A stretch of 64,000 bases of DNA from a bacterium (lineage in GTDB: Bacteria > Patescibacteriota > Minisyncoccia > Phycocordibacterales > Phycocordibacteraceae): contig JAJZRL010000004.1 in the NCBI GenBank assembly GCA_021802705.1, positions 13,862 to 77,861 on the forward strand, given 5' to 3'. The notes under the pieces were generated by a model that saw nothing but the letters and a program-made list of their open reading frames with translations, had not been told where the DNA came from and did no database searches. This document shows positions 60,549 through 64,000 of this stretch, in pieces (the first letter of the stretch is position 1; each line of letters opens with the position of its first letter). The position numbers were made by a program, and so were the translations under genes.

Positions 60549-60704
60549 ATGAACCAAAACGAAGGGTTCGTTCCCCTCATCTGGAACGGCGATGAGAGCA
60601 ATCTCGAAAGCTCTCGCGCGGCACTTCACACGGCCTCGTTGCAGGACCGCAATCCCTCCTGGGGTGGCGATTGCTGCGATGACGGCTGCGAGAACGGCGG
60701 CTGA
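60549..60704 (+). CDS. small RBS-led peptide ORF (51 aa, Cys/Asp-rich C-terminus)
   Basis: AAAGGAG 7 nt upstream of ATG; predicted MNQNEGFVPLIWNGDESNLESSRAALHTASLQDRNPSWGGDCCDDGCENGG; frame depends on the length of an A-run near 60598-60601, where the printed bases and ORF-track frames disagree by one base. Confidence 0.35.
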   Translation: MNQNEGFVPLIWNGDESNLESSRAALHTASLQDRNPSWGGDCCDDGCENGG

Positions 60705-60785
60705 GAAGCCGACTAGGGCGGGAGCGAAAGCTTCCGCCCGAATTTTTTATGTGACTATTTATCTGATTTACGTAATAATTACAAA

Positions 60786-61412
60786 ATGATCACTCTAGCT
60801 ATTTCGTTTAGTGAAAACAGCGAATTGAATCGCGTAAGAGAAACCCTTAAGAGGTTGCCATGGTATCGCGAACATAAATATCCAGACACTTTCGCCAAAT
60901 TGCCCTTGGATGTAACCGAGACGAGTGCTGAAGCTGCAATAGTCGCGTCTGTCTCAAAAGAATACGATCCCCAATTGTTCAAGGAGACTGAAGAATATGT
61001 CCAGGGGAAATGGAATGTTGTCGTAGAGGGTTTTGAAGAACTGCGGAAGATGCGAGGAATAGAACTACGCGATTCTTATTCAGTTGTGCTGACTAAGTAC
61101 GGAAGTGGCGGTAGTTACAATGGTGCAATCGGGGAGCTGATTATACGAATCGGTTCGCAAAAGAGAAGAGAGCAGATCGTCGGTGTCATCGTGCATGAGA
61201 TAGTCCATATGACGATTCAGCATCTCGTAGATCGGTATGAAGTCCCTCATTGGCGCAAGGAAAAATTGGTGGACATGCTTGTTGAAAGATATTTTCCTGC
61301 TTTGGAAATGAGCCAGAATATTCCCGAAGATGTCTCAATAGTAGAAAGCACTTTCAATTCGCTGTTTCCTGATATAGGGGCTATCGCCAAGGAGATAGGA
61401 GCAAATAAATAA
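60786..61412 (+). CDS. hypothetical protein with HExxH motif (putative metallopeptidase), low-GC
   Basis: VIVHEIVHM. Confidence 0.4.
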   Translation: MITLAISFSENSELNRVRETLKRLPWYREHKYPDTFAKLPLDVTETSAEAAIVASVSKEYDPQLFKETEEYVQGKWNVVVEGFEELRKMRGIELRDSYSVVLTKYGSGGSYNGAIGELIIRIGSQKRREQIVGVIVHEIVHMTIQHLVDRYEVPHWRKEKLVDMLVERYFPALEMSQNIPEDVSIVESTFNSLFPDIGAIAKEIGANK

Positions 61413-61507
61413 CTCAGCATTTTTTCGAGGGATTGAGAGGGCGTCGGAATCGAACCGATTTGTGAACAAAATAGTGAGGAAATATATGGGGGCTGTGAGT
61501 CGGTGAT

Positions 61508-61640
61508 ATTCCGGCCCCCGCAACAAGGTAGTGCGGCCTGGTCATCCAGACCGCCCGGCATTAAAAGCGCCGAAAATCAGTTCAAGACCGGTACGGTCAA
61601 AAACACAAAAGTCGCGACGTATGTCGCGACTTTTGTGTTT
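61508..61640 (+). repeat. distal junction: 16-nt duplicate of tRNA-Met 3' end (ATTCCGGCCCCCGCAA) followed by junction element copy C3 and terminator ACACAAAAGTCGCGAC-GTAT-GTCGCGACTTTTGTGT
   Basis: identical over 33 nt to the tRNA end and C1 start, then ~80% identity. Confidence 0.6.
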
Positions 61641-61666
61641 GTCCATGCACGATATACTGATGCTAT

Positions 61667-62707
61667 ATGAAGACGATGGCTCGACTTAATAAGTTCAAGA
61701 AAGGCGACAAGGTTGCAATCCTCTCGCCTTCGTTCGCGGCCCCCGGTAGATTCCCGCATGTATACGAACTTGGTTTGAAGCGTTTACGGGAAACGTTCGG
61801 TCTTGAGCCCGTCGCATTCCCTGCGACGGCGAAGCTCGGCGCGAGTGGCGAAGAGCGCGCGACTGACCTCATCGCCGCGTTCGAAGACCCGAGCATCAAA
61901 GGAATCATCACTTCGCTCGGCGGCAATGATCAGGTCACGTATATAAAGAATCTTCCACCCGAGCCGTTCATCAATAATCCGAAGCCGTTCTTCGGGTACA
62001 GCGACAATACTCACCTGGCTAATTTTCTTTGGCTGCAGGGCGTACCGTCGTTCTATGGTGGCGCGCTGTTCACACAGTTCGCTATGGAAGGGAAGATAGA
62101 CGACTTCACGCTGAAGTACCTGAAGGTTGCGCTTTTCGAATCGGGTGAGCACGAACTTGAAGCGAGTCCGGTATTTTCAGACATGGGTCTCGATTGGAAC
62201 GATCCGGCAAATCTCGAGAAGCTCGAGATATTCCTGCCGAACGATGGATGGCATTGGGATGGTGAACAGAATGCCGAGGGTATCAGTTGGGGTGGTTGCC
62301 TCGAATCGATAGATGAGTTGCTGCGGCATAGCATCGAGATCCCTTCCCTCGAGGATTTCGAGAACGTCATTCTCTTCACGGAAACTTCAGAAGAAATGCC
62401 TTCAGCTGAGCAGGTCTTCCGCGTGTATCGCGCGCTTGGCGAGCGCGGTATTCTTGCGCGAGTGCGTGGTGTGCTTGTCGGACGACCGAAGGCATGGGAA
62501 TTCGGCAATGAACACGACGAAGCGTGGCAGGTCGCGCATCGTGCGGAGCAACGCGAAACTATTCTCAAAGTGATTCGAGCATACAATCCAAACATTCCAA
62601 TCATCCAAAACATGGACTTCGGGCATACGAGCCCTCAGGTACCACTACCGTATGGCGGCCACATCTGCATTGATTCTGGCGCACGAAAGATATTCGCGAC
62701 GTTCTAA
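61667..62707 (+). CDS. S66-family peptidase (LD-carboxypeptidase/MccF-like)
   Basis: N-terminal GDKVAILSPS..., size ~346 aa, Ser-nucleophile region GYSDNTHL. Confidence 0.75.
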   Translation: MKTMARLNKFKKGDKVAILSPSFAAPGRFPHVYELGLKRLRETFGLEPVAFPATAKLGASGEERATDLIAAFEDPSIKGIITSLGGNDQVTYIKNLPPEPFINNPKPFFGYSDNTHLANFLWLQGVPSFYGGALFTQFAMEGKIDDFTLKYLKVALFESGEHELEASPVFSDMGLDWNDPANLEKLEIFLPNDGWHWDGEQNAEGISWGGCLESIDELLRHSIEIPSLEDFENVILFTETSEEMPSAEQVFRVYRALGERGILARVRGVLVGRPKAWEFGNEHDEAWQVAHRAEQRETILKVIRAYNPNIPIIQNMDFGHTSPQVPLPYGGHICIDSGARKIFATF

Positions 62708-62952
62708 TGGTTATGAAGATCTATGCCGAGGTTGGGATCGGGAATGATACGTTCTTCTCGACCGAATACGAAGACGGGAATCGGGAATATAGAATCCCAA
62801 GCTTCGTGAAGCCACCACACATCATGGAGTATTATGTCCGCATTTGGATACGAAAGACGGTTTATGTATTCTCAACTAAAGATGGTTTCAAAAAATCCTC
62901 GAAAGATAAAAGTAGATTCAAACTCCTGTTGGGAATTGGTGGCGTGCGTTAG
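62707..62952 (+). CDS. hypothetical small protein
   Basis: ORF only, AT-rich. Confidence 0.3.
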   Translation: MVMKIYAEVGIGNDTFFSTEYEDGNREYRIPSFVKPPHIMEYYVRIWIRKTVYVFSTKDGFKKSSKDKSRFKLLLGIGGVR

Positions 62953-62961
62953 TATGGCACT

Positions 62962-63618
62962 ATGACCAAGAACATCTTCTTGCTCAGTATGATGAGCCCG
63001 CTCGACGAGGATTTGCGGCAGGTGCTCGCGCGAGAAATCTTGAAGCGCGGTACGAAAGTAGCTTATGTTTCGTCGAGTCCACAGGACGGGGATCGACCAT
63101 ACTATCAATCCACCATCGCCGACTATGCCGCCATCAGCTCTGAACTCGTAGTCGACTACTTCGATCTTTCAGATGCCTTCACGGATCAAGCGCTCGCGAC
63201 GCTAACAGATTACGCGGCCATCTATCTCTCGGGAGGGAATACGTTCACGTTCATGGACAGTGCGCGCACGCGCGGACTCAAAACCATTCTTGAGCAATAT
63301 CTCGCGAACGGCGGCGTGCTCATTGGCGCGAGCGCGGGGAGCATCATGTGCACACCATCGATTGAGATCGCGAGCGACGCAGATGCGAACGAAGTCGGTA
63401 TGACTGATTTCACCGGCTTCGGTTTTGTCGACTTCGAATTCCAACCGCATTTTAGTGACACAGACGAAGAGCACGCGTGGCTTGCCGAATATCAGAGGAA
63501 AAACGAACGAGAAATCTATACCTGCAAGGATGGTGCTGGGCTGCACGTCACGGATTCAGGAGTCGAGTCATTTGGAAAAGTAAGGAATCTAGACACTCTC
63601 AAAGAAATTGTTTCCTGA
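62962..63618 (+). CDS. S51-family peptidase (peptidase E-like)
   Basis: GGNTFTF and GASAGS nucleophile elbow motifs. Confidence 0.75.
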   Translation: MTKNIFLLSMMSPLDEDLRQVLAREILKRGTKVAYVSSSPQDGDRPYYQSTIADYAAISSELVVDYFDLSDAFTDQALATLTDYAAIYLSGGNTFTFMDSARTRGLKTILEQYLANGGVLIGASAGSIMCTPSIEIASDADANEVGMTDFTGFGFVDFEFQPHFSDTDEEHAWLAEYQRKNEREIYTCKDGAGLHVTDSGVESFGKVRNLDTLKEIVS

Positions 63619-63698
63619 CCCGACATGGATAAAGTGGCACTTTTGTGGTAGAATAATAAATGGAGGGTCGTCCTCCGGCAACCGAAAGGAGCAGTGCT

Positions 63699-63833
63699 AT
63701 GAAAACGCTGACACCGGCACCGGCCGGTACCACCAAGCCCGCCGCCAAGACTCAGGGCGTGCAGGTGCTGAAGCCGGGCCGTCGCCGCATCATCGGCGGC
63801 ACCAAGTTCGGTCAGGACGGTTGCGGGTACTAA
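63699..63833 (+). CDS. small RBS-led peptide ORF (44 aa)
   Basis: AAAGGAG 8 nt upstream; MKTLTPAPAGTTKPAAKTQGVQVLKPGRRRIIGGTKFGQDGCGY; downstream hairpin 63884-63912. Confidence 0.35.
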   Translation: MKTLTPAPAGTTKPAAKTQGVQVLKPGRRRIIGGTKFGQDGCGY

Positions 63834-63883
63834 TCCTGCGACTACTCTGGGGCACAGAGCCTCATCACCAAACGCCCGGGCTT

Positions 63884-63912
63884 CGGCTCGGGCGTCGTTT
63901 CGTCAACCGGAG
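63884..63912 (+). terminator. terminator-like hairpin ACGCCCGGGCTTCGGCTCGGGCGTCGTTT
   Basis: GC stem with TTCG loop and T-tract. Confidence 0.55.
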
Positions 63913-64000
63913 GGAAATCTCAATGTATGCAATCAGTCCTTTTACAATCTTTCATCCCACGTCAGATGGATCTTTGTTCGTCAAGAACCTGTTCACTGGT

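Noticed and set aside
60592-60789. 65-aa track ORF MRAISKALARHF...
   Set aside because: Ala/Arg-rich with no RBS, overlapping the RBS-led small ORF in another frame; its reported start also conflicts by one base with the printed sequence, so it is likely a GC-driven artefact.
61430-61465. Full tRNA on the minus strand
   Set aside because: Only a T-arm-like CGGTTCGATTCCG plus acceptor 3' strand is present; no matching 5' acceptor strand, D-arm or anticodon arm. Treated as a tRNA fragment/att remnant.

Overview
Coordinates for features I placed by eye may be off by +/-1 at homopolymer runs; coordinates taken from the ORF track are exact. The gene content suggests a small-genome, pilus-rich bacterium (Candidate Phyla Radiation/Patescibacteria-like), but this is inference only. 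(1) 1-24 kb looks like core genome: the groEL 3' end, a His-phosphatase, an ICMT-family methyltransferase, a CopB-type (CPH) P1B ATPase, a conspicuously GC-rich P3A-type plasma-membrane H+-ATPase wedged between a perfect 20-bp inverted repeat and tRNA-Ser (probable HGT), comF, a complete type IV pilus locus (pilM-N-O, pilB, CheY-like receiver, pilT, pilC, major pilin, pilD, four minor pilins), ligA and gatC-gatA. (2) 24.0-61.6 kb is a roughly 37.5 kb composite accessory region inserted at a tRNA-Met(CAT)-like gene and closed distally by a 16-nt copy of that tRNA's 3' end. Its junctions carry a recurring ~100-nt conserved element that ends in a different intrinsic terminator in each copy. Inside are a CsoR-controlled copper island, two paralogous large serine recombinases each with a conserved att-like motif, a type II and a type III R-M system, an IS256-family insertion, and two paralogous phage-like modules (small membrane protein, terminase genes, ParB-fused methyltransferases, LexA/CI-like repressor). 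Each module carries different defence cargo just downstream of its repressor: a ThsB-like TIR protein with a small multi-TM protein and a SEC-C-motif protein in one, a SMODS/CD-NTase with a 2TM effector in the other. Each module is also preceded by a ~230-nt non-coding motif showing compensatory stem changes and a GNRA/UUCG tetraloop swap, which I take as a candidate novel structured RNA. (3) 61.6-64 kb returns to core: S66 and S51 peptidases and a small RBS-led peptide ORF. No rRNA genes or CRISPR arrays were seen.
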